This document shows positions 26,991-41,612 of a DNA stretch of 64,000 nucleotides, in pieces. Source of the stretch: Bigelowiella natans CCMP2755 (taxonomy: Eukaryota > Protista > Cercozoa); contig ADNK01003061.1 of NCBI GenBank assembly GCA_000320545.1, forward strand, positions 1 to 64,000, read 5' to 3'. Made by a program: the position numbers and the translations under genes. The notes beneath the pieces are model-generated. The model saw only the letters and a program-made list of their open reading frames with translations. It was not told the origin of the DNA and did no database searches. Every line of letters starts with the position of its first letter. Positions within the stretch are counted from its first letter, which is position 1.

Positions 26991-28037
26991 CTACATGGTG
27001 GCACACCCGAAAACGTTACAGTTTTGCGCGCAAGTCCCGCCGCTCTTGGAACGATTTCCGAGGTGTAGCTGTATGCTCATCTCCTCATCTTTCGATTCAC
27101 TCAAGGGGCGCCGAACAAAAGACTTGAAAACTGGTTCTCGCACGTCACCGTCCCCACCTCTCATACTCCCCGGGTATGCTTTCTCATCTCTGGAGTAGCA
27201 CGAGTCAGAGCGAATGCTTTCTTCGTCCTCGCCTCGGCTCGATTCAGCCTGCGATGATGCTGAATCCTGTGTGACCGAGGGGGAGGTTGTATGATGGGCG
27301 GGTGAAGGCTGGCCGAATTGCAAGATCGGTTGATTCTGCTCGGCGGCGGCCTGGCGTAATGACTCAAGCACCGGCCGAGGGGCGGATTGCTTCGATGACG
27401 AGCTTTGATTCAAGTTATTCTGCAACTGCTTAGAATCATGCTTCGCTCTTCTTCTCTCTACAGCAAGTTTTCGCCGTCGTGCTCTTTCGGCCCGGAATTT
27501 AGCTTGAATCTCAGCAACTTCTCTTGCAGCTATGGCGCGTTCTTCCGCCCTCTTCTTCTGGGCCTCCACCTCGCGTTTTGCTGCTTCTAATGCCGCGGCT
27601 TCTTCTCGCCTTAATCTTTCCATTTCCTCCAGTTGTCTATTAGAATATTGGTAGTTACCGCTCGTCTCCGGCGGCGTGCATGGAGCATCGACACGATATT
27701 GCTCAAACATTCGTTCCCCCCAATTCCGGAGGTTGTTGTTTCGGTGGAAAAACTCCTTTGGCGTTGGCTTTTCTTGCTTAATTTCACCACTGAAAGGGTT
27801 GATATCATTGCTTCTTTCGCCTTCAGAATAGTTGTCTCCTCTACCGAAGGAGGTGTAATCAATCCGCGGTTCAGTTCTCAGATTTTTCAATGCCTCTCGC
27901 TCATCTAATTCTTGTCGGTATTGTGATAATGTAAACCCATCCGTTACCACATCCACACTGCTGGCATCACTATTCTTTCGGGGTAATGTCCCCATAGTCG
28001 TGCTGCCGGCGGTGGTGCGCGGCAGAGCCCACAACAT
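26991..28037 (-). CDS. Hypothetical intronless protein with a central coiled coil
   Basis: 348-codon ORF, first ATG at ~27995, with an E/R/A-rich helical stretch; no family recognised. Confidence 0.5.
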   Translation of the reverse strand: MLWALPRTTAGSTTMGTLPRKNSDASSVDVVTDGFTLSQYRQELDEREALKNLRTEPRIDYTSFGRGDNYSEGERSNDINPFSGEIKQEKPTPKEFFHRNNNLRNWGERMFEQYRVDAPCTPPETSGNYQYSNRQLEEMERLRREEAAALEAAKREVEAQKKRAEERAIAAREVAEIQAKFRAERARRRKLAVERRRAKHDSKQLQNNLNQSSSSKQSAPRPVLESLRQAAAEQNQPILQFGQPSPAHHTTSPSVTQDSASSQAESSRGEDEESIRSDSCYSRDEKAYPGSMRGGDGDVREPVFKSFVRRPLSESKDEEMSIQLHLGNRSKSGGTCAQNCNVFGCATM

Positions 28038-29745
28038 TATGGCTAATCGATAATTGAGGTTCTCTCGTAAATACTGTCACTGAGACGTTTCCTGAAAGAA
28101 CAATCGTCCAACTTAGGAAAGTCTTCCGCAGCCCTTAAAACGTGGCTTAAGATCCCCTCTCGGTACGACCGAATCTGGTGTATAACCCTTGTGCGATTTA
28201 GCAGGCTGTTAGAGGGGGGGTGAGGCTAAGAACGACTTGAGGTTTGTAGACTTCTCAGACTTACTTTTCATCAGAAAATATCAGCAATAAATTTTATAAG
28301 AGGGATAAATAACAGACGACTCACTAATTTTCTGTTTTTTTAACATTTAATCCCTTTTCATGACCTTTTACTTCATAAGAAAATCGGCTGAAACTCTATC
28401 GAGAAGTCGTATAAATCAGACGAAAAATTATTGAAGCCAGATTCATCAATTTATATATTATTTTTCATGTCGCATATATATTTACTAATCCAAAAGTTCA
28501 AATATTGACCAAAATCGACAAAATCAGTCTTCTTGGTTATTATTCTGAAATTTCAGCATTCAATTGTTACAAATAAAACTTGATTTCAGTAAATTGGACT
28601 ATTAATGTGACAAATATCGTTCTATTTGGGCTAAAATAATATGTATATAAATATTTCATAGAATACAATTTATACACATATACTGGATATACTATGTGAA
28701 ACTTCGTACAAATTCCCTTACATTTCGTAAAATTGACACATTTATCCTAGTTTCAATTAGTTTTTAGAAAAACGACATGTATTCATAAATTTTCTTCTCG
28801 GCATTATCTCTGCCAAGAGAAAAAAAAGCTCCATTGGGCGATTCTCACGCTAAAATCACGGCTTCTCGTGGAATACCCCCCCAATCTTGTGCATTATAAG
28901 ATATTTGATTTTGCATTAAAATCTACCAATTTAGATTATATAGGTAAAATATGTTTGGATATGTGAAAGAATATCAATAAATGGAATTATATAACAAAAA
29001 TATTTTTCGTGAATATAAAAGATATTGTTTATACTACTGAAACATATTCTCTAAAAAAATAATTTTCGGTTAGAACCAGAGAACTCCTTCTTCCGAAACA
29101 TTAATTGGGTAAATACGAGAAAATCAATATCGTTCTTAGAATTTTACAATAAATGTAGGAGATACTACAATTATGAACATAATTTTGGATGAAAAATAGA
29201 TCTAGATAGATGTAGGAGATCCTTGTGCAGCTCCTTCTTCTCTTAAGGCAGCTACTAAGACTCAAATTTGGCAAACTACCTTGATTATGTTATCCAAATC
29301 CGGGATATACAATGATATTTACTTAAAGCAGGTATTTTATGCTTTTATAACATTGAATTTTCTTAGTTAGATACTTTTTCCTCGTTATAGTTGAGTTGGT
29401 TAGGGAGAAAATATCGCACAATTTCCCTCTCTCAACCAATTTTAGGCAAAAAATACCAAATTAGTGTTCTACCTGACTCCTGATGCGACAGAAAAAAAAG
29501 AAAGTCTACTCTATCTAACCTCCACCATTTTGGGATAAAAGCTTAACATTGATGGGAGCACCCAACTGGAGCATGTAGTTTCGACTAAGACAAGGTATTT
29601 ATCATGTCGTTTAGATTAATGGCCACTGAATCGTGTGTATCTATGAATTGGTGCAACGCCTCTGGAAGCATCCGTAACCCCATTCCACTTGCTGTTGCAA
29701 TCAGCTGAAAGTCAACTAGCTGACCGAGGCTCCTAAGTAGAGGAA

Positions 29746-30320
29746 TTGGCTTTATCTATGGGAGCATCTGTAAGCAGAGATGCTTTCAGGATACTCGACC
29801 CAAATGTAGTCTCTAAATATTTTTCAATGAGCGCGCCCCAACGCTCACACATACTTTATTACTCTCTAGAATCGAGGTTACGCGACACTAAGGGAGCTTC
29901 GATGTTTAAGGTCGCACACGCGATCTGAATCCCTACAATCTTTCCTGGAAGCAGTAGCGAAATCAAACTCGAAAGAAAACATGGTAGCCCAGGACGCTTT
30001 CGTCGAAAGCTTCAAGAGAGCCAAGAAAGTGCATCCGACACTTTTGACGGATTTGATCGAAGCAAAACGGTTTAACATTAATAGAAAAATCATCCCCGAG
30101 CTCATAATAACCATTGGATCTTAGATTCCCACAGAATACTCACAACATTTTGCGCCAGTATGGAAAGAGACTCCATCATAATTCTAGCTTTCTTCTCATC
30201 AGAAATGTCGATACCGTGCGTAAAGAAAGCGAGCTGAATAAGTTGCGGCTGAAATGTTTCGAATACAAGCGACATCTTCGAGGAAATAATCCAAAACATG
30301 AATCGAGGGTTGGTTGTTAG
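29746..30320 (+). pseudogene. Possible degenerate coding remnant
   Basis: Protein-like readings continue across adjacent frames broken by stops; no family recognised. Confidence 0.25.
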
Positions 30321-30414
30321 TGACAGACGAGTCTAATATCTTTTGTGCCACTCACCCGAAACATGCTTTATATGTTAACCCCTTTTTTGGATGTTGATTA
30401 AAATCATCGATGAT

Positions 30415-31523
30415 ATGAATAAGCCAACAATGTGAGAATCTTCCTGTTCCATATCAGAATATAAGGAGGGCGATCCTAGAAGTAGAGGTTTTAGAAGCTA
30501 AAAATCTACCAATGCTGGATGCAAATGGTAATTTAAACACATTTTATTCATTTCTTTTTCTTTTTGAGCTCACCGCCAAACATTGCATGTCGATGTCGAA
30601 GGCACCTTCCATTTTCCCGTGCATAGTCAGAATTCTAACCGAGTCTCTCTCTCTCTCTCTATCTATCTCTCTCTATTTCCAGGAAGCGTAGATCCATTTG
30701 TCATCGCTAAAGTCGATACAAGCCGTCCGCAATACACCATCACTAACAAACAAAATAAAAACCCTATTTGGAACGCTAAGTTCTTTTGGGAGATTCAACT
30801 AGAAATCCCAGGCGCAGGCTCTGCTACCGCTTCCAAGATAGAAGAGAAAAAGAAGAAAATAGTTGCGACTATGACAGGGGCCTCGGGAGATGACGACGCT
30901 GTCGAAGCTGACCGAAGTGAGTCTCTATCAGGCACAGCAGCAAATCCGGGCTACCTTCAACTGGAGGTCACCACCACTCTGCTTTAGATACATGCAGATC
31001 TTCTTTGGCTGAACAGACATTAGGAGCATTATTATTATGATTTAACTTATCATCTTTGTTTAATGCTCTTCTCTCTGCAATGCTTATACAGGTGTGGGAC
31101 CTTGATTACGCATCAGAGAATGATGTCATAGGTATTATATTATCCACTGAGCTTTGTCGATTATACTGACCCATTATATCTTCCGTTTGACGTCACTCTC
31201 GTTGTTGTTGTTCTCACGGTTGGATGTAAACAGGGCACATTCACATTCCCCTTGCTCTGGTCTTGGCAGAGCCCCCTTCATCTTCCCCTCCCTCTTCTTC
31301 TCCTTCACCAGCAACCACAGCTACACTCTGTGATTGGTTTGAAGTGATGCGGACGCCCCAAAGCCCCCACCGCACTGGTCATCATGACGAACCAGCTCGC
31401 AGGGTGCCAGAGCGTGGGATGGAAAACGCTGAAACTAAAGACCCTGACCCGAAATCGCTCTATTCGTCGTTCTCACGCAATGGAAACGATGAAAGTCCAT
31501 TTCCCGCATCTTTAGGTAATAGC

Positions 31524-31557
<34 letters not shown>

Positions 31558-31995
31558 CAGTAGCAGCAGATGGAAGATATGCTTGATGCAGCATGCACCT
31601 ATCGTCTCTCCACGCCGTAGAAGCACGCACTTGATATATTCGAAATGCGGTTTTCCTCTATTTTATGTTCTTCCTCTCCTATTGCAATCAGGAAAAGTGC
31701 TGGTGCGTGTAAGTATTAAACACCTCTCTTCACAAGAAGACGACAGGAGCCCACAGCTCAGCAATGAAGATGTGCAAAGGGTCATGAGGAAAATGCTCAC
31801 AGCGTAGATTAGCACGTGTTAGTCATGTATAGCGTGCATGAGTATAATAGCCCTTCCCCCCATCGCAAAAAACCACGCCAAACACCCACAGCAAAGTAAT
31901 TGTACGCGTTGATAACGTGATAGAAAGAAAATTAGACATACTTCAGGATAAACCAGCGGTCAGCCGCCATTGTGTTGTCATGAACGATCGGGCTG

Positions 31996-32038
<43 letters not shown>

Positions 32039-33350
32039 CTTCAATTTAGGTGGTCAAATCCCTGCGAAAAGCATTAGCCCCGTTGTATGAGTACGAGGTG
32101 TTATCACTAACGTTTCTATGCAGTGCCAACACGAGAGACGAGTCATAACACCCCGCATCATCCTCCACGCATAGCCCTTCTGAAGACTCGCCCTATCTCG
32201 CCTTCCACATGGTGTTGTTTCGCGCGTAGGCTAAGAACGACAAAGTGGCGAGATTGCAGCATCGATCTCAGGTGTCGCACGGAGCGTCGTCGCGCAACAT
32301 AGCACAACGAATAGCGTCTAAACTTACGTATTAGTATCAGTAGCGTTGTCTCTCACTCCTCTATTCAACAAGCGCTCAGAAGATTCGCACAGCTGTTGTT
32401 GTTGCTGTTATCCCGCCATTGTGACGAACAGATGCTTGCGTTAGTAATTCTCTGTATTAGAAAGGCGAATCGAAACCGCCTCCTTCGCTCACACCGTTTT
32501 GTTGTTGGTGCTATTTCCTTTTAAAACAAGCAGGTCCTCGTCAGCCACTTCCCTGCAGAAATAGAGACCGTGCACAGCCGTTTTGACCACGTTACTCTCA
32601 CTGTTAGCGGAATGAATGGTAGGTGTTGAAGAAGAAGAAGAAGAAAAAGAAGAAGGATAAAACAGCATCACTAGATAGTTTACTCACGGCCCGTGTAAAA
32701 CACATTTTTGACTACCACTGCTACAATTACTACCACGCCCTGCCCCCCCTCCTCCCTCTCCTAGTCGCTAAAGGACGGCTAGTGTGCACAGATCTTCGTG
32801 TGGTAAGTGACTAAACTAGCTATTCAATTGTGCGAAGAAGAAGTATGCTGCTCTCAGATGGGAGAAAGAGGGAGTGAGGTTTTCGCGGAGAGGAGGAGAG
32901 AGGAGGAAAGACAGGGGCGAGAGACCGCCAGTAGAGATATAGCCAAAACGTTAGCGCGAGGTGCATAGATAGAGGTCTGTTTTGGCTCGCAGGTATTTCT
33001 CCCCGAATCAATATTGCAAAAAACCGACGCGAAAGAAAGCAACAACACGAAGAAAATGGACGACATTTTCGAGCATTGCGGTAGTTGTAAGACCCAAAAA
33101 CGATATCCAATGGCCACCTTATGCTAACTGCGCGCGTGGTGTTTTCACGTTGCACTCGAGTTTCATGCGACTACACACCAGGGCTCATGCTGATACACTA
33201 TTCATAAAATCAAAGACAGATGATATAATATTGATTCATAGTTTGAGAGTTTTTAGCTTCAGGATTGCTTACATCCTTATTACAAACATGGAGCAAAACT
33301 CAACGTTTTCTCTTCTCTTTCCAGCTGTGCCTCTTATTATTACTATAGAA

Positions 33351-33390
<40 letters not shown>

Positions 33391-35920
33391 ATCTATAATG
33401 CTATCTCGTTAAACTTATTCTGACACGGAACGCCGATTTTATGTGAAAACGATAAGGCCTCGACTGGACTGAGCGTCCTCTCAGTATTCCCCTGCAATTG
33501 ATGGAGAAAGTTTCTATGCAGCAGACAAACGGTGTGCTACTACTACTACTACTACTACTACTACTATCATTGCTACGACGACTGCTACTATTACCGCAAG
33601 CTTATTCGAGCATCATTTTTCCTCGTTGTTTCTTGCCCATTTTCTTAACATCTCGCCAAAAACATGTATCACGCTATGATTCACCGTTACGCAGACGTTA
33701 CCAAGACCCCACATGGCTTTGTGGCCATCAACACCATTCACACGAATCCCTGTGAGTAGTGTGTACGAATAGCCGTTGTAGCCTGCTTTCACTCAGTGAT
33801 TCATCTATCCAATCCATCAGTAAAAGAAATATTTACAAAAGATTTGTGGCAATTACACAAGTTTAGTGGCAAATGTGATGACGTTATCTTGGTGATACAG
33901 CCATCCATCTCGGCTGTATGTGTGTGCCCCCGTATATAAACCTAGATCTGTTATCGTGTATGTGTGTGTGTGCGCGCGTGTCGTAATCATGATCTTTGAG
34001 GACAGCGCTTGCTGTCCTGCCTATCTGGTTTCAGTTTTTGTGATTTAGCTCCTTGTGGTAGTTATTCCTCTCTCTTTTCCGATATTTATTTGTAACAAAA
34101 TTGTTTTCTTCTCAAATACGTTGCTTGATCATGCCCCCCCCCCCCTCCCCTTCCCCTCTCTAAGTCGGTGGAATGAGATACGGACAAGCACAAGCCGAGG
34201 GGCAAGCACAGAAGAAGATGCTGCTCAGTCGACTTCACCTTCATCAAAGTATTCCATTATGCTCTCGTGCTTGCATGTGCGTGTGTTGGAGAACAAATAT
34301 CTATTTGTGGAAGGAGAGAATGTTACTCGATCATCTGCACCGTTGCCGCTCATATGTACCACCCGCCGGTGAACATACGCTATGCATTTCAAGCTGCTAT
34401 GAGAACTAATACTAAGTCGATGCTAAGCATTCGATCGGAAATAGAGTTGAATTTATCGAAATGTTACTGCTGCTTTTTCACCAGAGAACTCAAGCGGAAA
34501 ACCCTACCGGGACTGCTCAAAGGAGGAGGGGGTCATTATACGATGAAGTGTTGATATCGATGATGTTCCTGTCGGGGCTCGGCTCATTCTGAAGAACAAA
34601 CAACATATATTGATTCCATATCATCGGTCTGACATTGCATTCACCTGAACGCAGACCGCTAACACGAAAAGCGCAAACATAGGAGAAGGAACGAAGCGAA
34701 GGAGAAACGCATGCACCCCGAGGACCAAAGGTTTGATATATTTATATTTTCCAACACTACTGCACAAAAACAACAAGAGAGGTTAAATACCACGACGCCC
34801 ATCACTACTACATTTTCGTGGATGGAGCTGCCGTCATCTTCGGCCTCACCCGAATAAAGACACTTTTATATTCATACCCTCTATCACGGGAGACTTTGGT
34901 GCAAACTAGTGGTCTTTTACCGATCAGCCGTATCCTGCATAAATCTGATTTTGTGCACCGTTCTTGTCTAGAAGGCACTCGCGGTGCCAAGGAGTCGAAG
35001 TCCAGTTTTCGCTGCAGCAGAATTCGTAAGAAAACAATGGCTCACGAAGCATTTCTACGAGGCTGTGCAATCATGTCTTTTTTGTTGTGATGAACTCTCT
35101 GAAGAGCGATACGACTTAAAAAGCTACTGATTTTGTCTGTACCCAAATACTAGTGTTCTTCTTTAAGAGTACAACAATGAAAAAAACATATATTTCTTTC
35201 TTTCTTTGCATCTCCCAGGCATCGAATGCTGGGACTTCCGTGTGCTCGATCTGGTCATAACACATCGTTTCCTTCGGTCATTTATTACGAGTCTAATTTA
35301 CTGCCCCCCTCCCTCCTCCCCCCCTTCTCTCCTTCCTCTCCAGACATTTTGGACTAAGACTAAAAGAGGAGAGCAGAGAATCAAGAACTTAAAGATGTTA
35401 CTAGAAGGTGTTATCTGCAGCATTCTCGGTCTTGTTATCAGACGATATTGAGAGCTGCCGTTGCATTAATCAAAGAATGCACTGGCCACGAATCTAAACC
35501 AGCTTAGTGTACATGGGAAGGAGCTCATCATACGGCAACTAACATTATAGGTTACGCGGCTACAAGATACTATTTTGGAGGGACTGTCTCAAAGAAATCG
35601 GCGCGTTTATTCCGCAGGAAAGCCAACCAAAGAACGAGTTCCTCCAAGGAACCGAACAGTTGTTTTCCCTATGATCTTGAGAGAGAAATGAGGCGACAGA
35701 AATTGGTGATACCATATCGAAGGATAATTGTTGTACGTGTAGTACGTATGTGTATTCTAAGGTCTTGTTGAGATATGCCAGCGCAATAGAGTGTCTGAGA
35801 TTGCTAAATCATAATCTAAACGAAGACATTCCATAATAGGATATGAAGGAATGGCGGATTTCGAGATGTAATACCATATATAAAAATGCATATCTAAACT
35901 AATAAATAAATTTATACAAA

Positions 35921-35954
<34 letters not shown>

Positions 35955-37444
35955 TCATGATCTTATCATCATCATCATCATCATCATCATCATTATCATC
36001 ATCATCATGATTTTCCCTATCTCAAACACCATACATAGAGATCGTGGTGTAAATCAAAAGCTTACCCATTTAATCAGCTGTGGTCAAGTTGCCTATGTAC
36101 TACTCACTTAAGAAATTTTCTCTTTGTTTAGGCAACGAAAGCTTCGAAGTTTGCCCGACGTACCCATCGTTAATGGTCGTTCTCCTCAACTGTGAAGCCT
36201 TTTCTTTTCCCCCATTTTTTACCTTAAAAAACAAGAAAGCGCTTACGAAAAACTCTTACGGTTTTATAGGTTGTCCCCCGATCATCGAGCGATAAGCTGC
36301 TGAAGGACACAGCCAAGTGATGACGATGATATATTTATATACCCGTGATGATGATGGTATAATGGTAGCATGCTGCTGCTGTAGCTGTTGATGTAGATGA
36401 TGATAAGAATCACGATATATCGATTATAAGAAGGGAATAAATGAAATATTAGCTTCGATAAAATCGTTTCTGGCTATAAGTAAAATATTTCGCCAGCCCC
36501 CCACCCCCTCGTCCTGATCGTCTCCCGTCTCTCTCGAGGGAGAGTAATCGAATAAATTTCGGCGCCAAACTCATAAAGCTTTCGTTTCTAATCTACATTT
36601 GTGTAGATTTCGTTCCAAAGGCCGCATTCCAGTTTTAACGTGGTACTGCTGTAGTGGTTTTCTGTTCTTTTCCACACTCCGCCGAATCTCAACGATTTAG
36701 ACCCCGCAAGAAATAATTTTCCTCTTCCCCCCCCCGTTTTGGCATGAAGGTTCGATCATAGCTCTGGTTGCAGCATTTCGCGTTGTGCGCAACCGCGTGT
36801 TGGATTAGGTGATACAATCGCACTTTGGACATCGAACTTCGTCGTTTGGAATGTGATAGTATAAGCAGTCGTTTACAATGATCATTTGCTTGGACAATAG
36901 GTAGCAACAGCTCTGAGCAAGATGAGCTGCATATAAGGTAATATTCAATACTTTGTAAGTTGTATCGCTATTTTCGTATATCGCGTACACACCTCTCATC
37001 GATTGATACCCGAATAATTTCCACTGGGATTTCAGGAACGTTCGTATAGCGGGGGGAGAGGAGCAAAGACGGTAATAAATTTTGGTAGCTTTAGGTTTCT
37101 TGTCTAAAAGTTACTAAACCGAAGCTTATTCAATTACAATGAATCGGCTGTTTTTTACGGCTTTTAATGACGCTATTATCTGCCACCGTATGCCTCTTTT
37201 AATACTCGTTCACCCAGGTAGGAGCGTGTATATTGAGGACTTTGTTGGTTTCTTTGATTTGTTTACTTCTCGGATTATACAGATTGGTTATTATCGACTG
37301 CAGATCCGAGATTGCTGCGGGCGCGAACTCCCTCAAAGGTTAGTGTACGCAGTGTGCTTGTGTGTGTGTGTGTGGGGGGGGGGGGGAGATAGAGGCACAA
37401 TAGCAGCAGCTAGACTATAAAGATGGTTTGCATATTATTCAGCA

Positions 37445-37484
<40 letters not shown>

Positions 37485-37518
37485 ACTTCAGCAAGCATAT
37501 TTATGCATCAAATATTAA

Positions 37519-37565
<47 letters not shown>

Positions 37566-40500
37566 AATACATGCACATAAATAAACACATCTTCGACTTC
37601 CCGTCGCCTCACCGTCCTATTTTTCAAAAGGAAAAGGAACGGAAAACATCCTCAATTATCACAACTGTAAGTGCCTCAACCATGGTCCATGACCCTTTCC
37701 GCCCTCTCTCTGCTCTATTGCATCTAAGCATAGTTGAAGGGATAAATGCGGTGTTTTTGAGTACTTTACACATCGTTCCGTCTTTTGTCACAGCGACGTT
37801 CTCCAAGCCTGAATTCGATCACATTGTGTTGTAATTTTGGCGCAGGTAAGTTGCTGTTTTCGGATATCGCTAACATTCACGCTGTGAGACACAGTTAAGT
37901 TGCGCGGTTTCTGCAGCCTCCGCGCGCACAATGGCCACGCACATGCGTTGAGACCACACGATTTTTGAGCGTTGTATAGATTGGTCTGGGAGGAAAGCGA
38001 TAATAGTGGAATAGCGTCAGACGAAAACCGAGTTGAGCAGCTCAAATCCTCTCTTATAACGCTCAGGCTTATATCTATTGCGAGCGGCGGTGGTCAGTAC
38101 TGATGACGATGCTAACTGGTAAGGGAGAACAACGAAAATTTAAAGAAGTGCGGTTTTGGTTCAATTAGTATTTTAAAATGGTTTCAAGGTTGCGTTTGCT
38201 CTTCTTCCTTTTCTTCGTTTTCCTTCTCTAAAAGATGTAAAGACGTCTCCTCCTTCCCTAGTGTGATTGCGCTGTTTGTTTCCTCAAGTGACGCTTGGTA
38301 TGCTTTTGGCTTGGGTGAATTATTCCATTGCATGTAAATGCTTTAGGTGGAGAGAAATACATAGGACGGGATGGATTGGTATGTTCTCTCAGAGGCATAT
38401 CATGCATAAGTTCTTTCTATCACCTTTTTCCTTTTTTGGGGGGATCATCTGGCGATATAATATGCACACCATTAATGCCTGCATCTGCGGAAGCTTTGGG
38501 CATGTGATAACTAGCTCTGTATTTCGTTTGAACAATACATATATTTTATTAAAGTACCATCGTTTGCGAGAGAACGTCGTTGTCGTGTAGTCGCTACCAA
38601 ACACCTGCATACATTGGAAAAATCTTTCTGTGAGTGTGTATATGCGAGAGCTAGGTTGACAAAGTATCATCAACACTGTATTCTACTAATTATAGGCCAC
38701 ATCGCATCTATTCTCTCTGCTGCTCTGAGAGCCGCGTAAGCATTATTCGTCATTTGGAAATCAGAATGATAATAATAAGAAGAAGTTGATGTGTATGTTT
38801 GATATCGTATTTCCCCTTCCCCCTTCTTCAACGCACACAGGTGCTACGTAAAGCAGCGGCAATATTCCGTCTTAGTCCACTGCTCTGATGGATGGGATCG
38901 CACGGCTCAGGTATGGCCTTTTGCCTCCAATATTCCGCGAAATTGACTCGAGGAACGATTGCGAGTAGACCCTCAGTATGTATCTCCAAAACACATGTTA
39001 TTATTCAGGTTGTGTCCCTAGCACAGATACTTATTGACCCTTACTACCGCACCATGGAGGGGTAGTAACTAGCGCTCGTAAACAAGATGTTCATTAAAAC
39101 GAATAAATCACAATTTTAGCGATTTATATCCGCCTTTGCGCTCGCATATGCGGATGTATTCTCTGCGTCTCCTCCAGTGTGTGTATCTGCGTGGTGAAAG
39201 GGGGGTGGGGAAGGGATCTATCCTACAATGCTGCTTTGCAGCGAGGGCTTTAGAAAGACGCAGTTTCATGTGCTATGCTGATACCGTACTCAATATTGCT
39301 GCTGTGCTGCTGCAGATTTGCAGTTCTGATAGAGAAAGACTGGATTGGATTTGGACACAAGTTTAAAGATCGCCTGGGGTTATTGTCATAGCAGTAGTAG
39401 TAGTAGTAGTAGTTGTTGTTGTTGTAGTAGGTATTGTTGTTAGCAAAAGCAGTTGTAGTAGTAATGGTAGTAGTAGTAGCAGCAGTAGTAGTAGTAGTTG
39501 TAGAGTTGTAAAAAATAGTTATAATAGAAGGAGGGGGAGGGGGAGGAGGAGAACAATAATTCAGAATTTCTCAAAGCAATAGATGGTGTACATATACAAT
39601 TGTAAATATTACATCTTTTGAAAATAATAGTGTTTCTGTGCGCGCGTGTGCGTGTGTGTGCGTGTAAAATTATGAAATACATCATCACCGTCGTGATATC
39701 TCAACAAAGCGCATGGGCGTCCTACTCTGACAAATAATCACTCGCATTTACGCCTAATGCTCACTGTTGATTGTTTGCTACAAAGATTCCAACGAAGATT
39801 CATTAGTGTTTGTCCTATTATCAGAGAAAGCCATGAAGGCAGTCCAGTGTTCCACCAGTAATTAACCGCACTTATCGTTTCCTTCTAAGCGTTGTCGTAG
39901 CGTTTGTCCAGCGTGCGATCTGCGATTAAATCCTGACTCTACACACTGCGTTTTCGCGTAGATTTCTCGACTGTGTGTGGCAGCTGACGGAGCAATTTCC
40001 GGACAAGTTCCAATTTAATGAAAGGTGGGGTGAGGTGAGGATGGATATGAAGCAGCACAGTTATGATTCTTACTTATCGATGTTTGCTTGCTCTGCCCCA
40101 CGTTCATACCCCTTTTGTTACACTCAAATGCAGGTTCCTAAAGCACATCTCGACGCATTGCCAAACGAATTGGTAGGGGGCTGTTCTTCTAAGTTTTGAG
40201 ACCTTTGCTGCGAGAGTATGCAAGTAGCACGTCTTTTGTGTAGCTCTCTTTTTAGTAGCAGTGCGGGAAGGGCCTTCCTTTGACGATTCCTAGCATGCAT
40301 AGTGCTCGCCGTACCTACCGTCGTGCATCACGAACATGCGCTCTCAAGCCTCGCCTCACTCTCTCTCTGGCATTGTCTGTTAAAAATACCAAACGTAGTC
40401 GTTCCAGCGACTACCCAACCGTAACTATGTGTGGGTGAATGTGTGTGCAGGTTCTCCACCTTCATCTGCAATTCTGACAAGGAGAGAAAAGAGCGGATGA

Positions 40501-41612
40501 TGACGATGAAGGCTGCCAATACCTCTGGCTCTGGCAGCGAGATCAATAAGTAGATAATAATGTAACAAACCAGATCCAATTGCGCAAAGGAGGAGGGCTA
40601 GGGAGGGGGGGGGGGGGATTAGCAAGTATACTAGAAATTAGTTATACTTCCAACAACTATTTCTAAAGAAACACGTGGATAATGTTCGCTGACCTCACGT
40701 ATTTGTTGATGTAAGACACAGATACACTTCCGCTCGAGAGCTGCCTATCTGGTCGCTGCTTCTAGCGAATCGAGCAATATACTCAAATCCTCGGTTATTA
40801 ACTGACATGGGAAGGTGGGAGGTGGGAGAGTATGCAGAAGAGTGGCGCGAGAGGCCAACTGGCGATAAGAATGATCATCTGAACTTCGAGGAGGAGGAAT
40901 TGTTGACCTGATAACCCTTGCTACGACTTGTCAGATATAACCAAGAACGCGAGATGAATCCTGAGAAGCTGAAGAAAATGTTGCTGCCCATCCCCAGTGT
41001 GAAGGTTGATAGCGAGCGTGGCATGATCTGTTCGATTTGCCGCGAAGTAGCGCGCTGCGGATTCTTTCCTCCTTCCGTCATGCAATTTGAATCCTTTTGG
41101 CTTTGTATGCTCACTGCTATCATTATAGCTTAATCCTCGCTGCGTATTTTACCCTTGCCAGGTGCTGCAGATCTGGACGGGGATGTATCTTAAATACGAT
41201 GAGTCTCTTATTGGTGAGGAGCTTCTTTGTTGAGTGGATGGGGCAAGAGGGAGGGGTTATAGGGAGAGGCTGACGATGTTTGTGTGTTGTATTGTTACAG
41301 GACATATATTCCGTCGCTCAGAGCAAAGAGCAGCTCATGTAAGAGCTCATTTCTTCCGAAGAGAGCACGCATCACCCCCTCCACCCCCCCCCGCTCTACT
41401 TTCCCTGTGCAAATCGTGAAAACTAAAGCAACGGCGCACGCGTTCCGAGTTGTTGCATTTATTTTCTTTTATTACGTATATTTCGACAACGGCAGGATCT
41501 GCCCTCACTGCCCAGCGAAAGGAATACGATCATGTGGGAACCTGATAACTGGTGGCCGAAAACTTATAATCAGATTGATAAAAAAACACTAAATCGATAC
41601 CAGAATCTATAG
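30415..41612 (+). CDS. Myotubularin-related phosphoinositide phosphatase with N-terminal C2 domain; multi-exon
   Basis: C2 domain: ILEVEVLEAKNLPMLDAN|GSVDPFV...NKNPIWNAKF...LQLE|VWDLDYASENDVIG. GRAM-like GRLVCTDLRV; NESFEVCPTYPS; catalytic VHCSDGWDRTAQ (~38875-38910); VSLAQILIDPYYRTMEG|FAVLIEKDWIGFGHKFKDR; SPVFHQ|FLDCVWQLTEQFPDKFQFNE. Ends are approximate. Confidence 0.88.
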
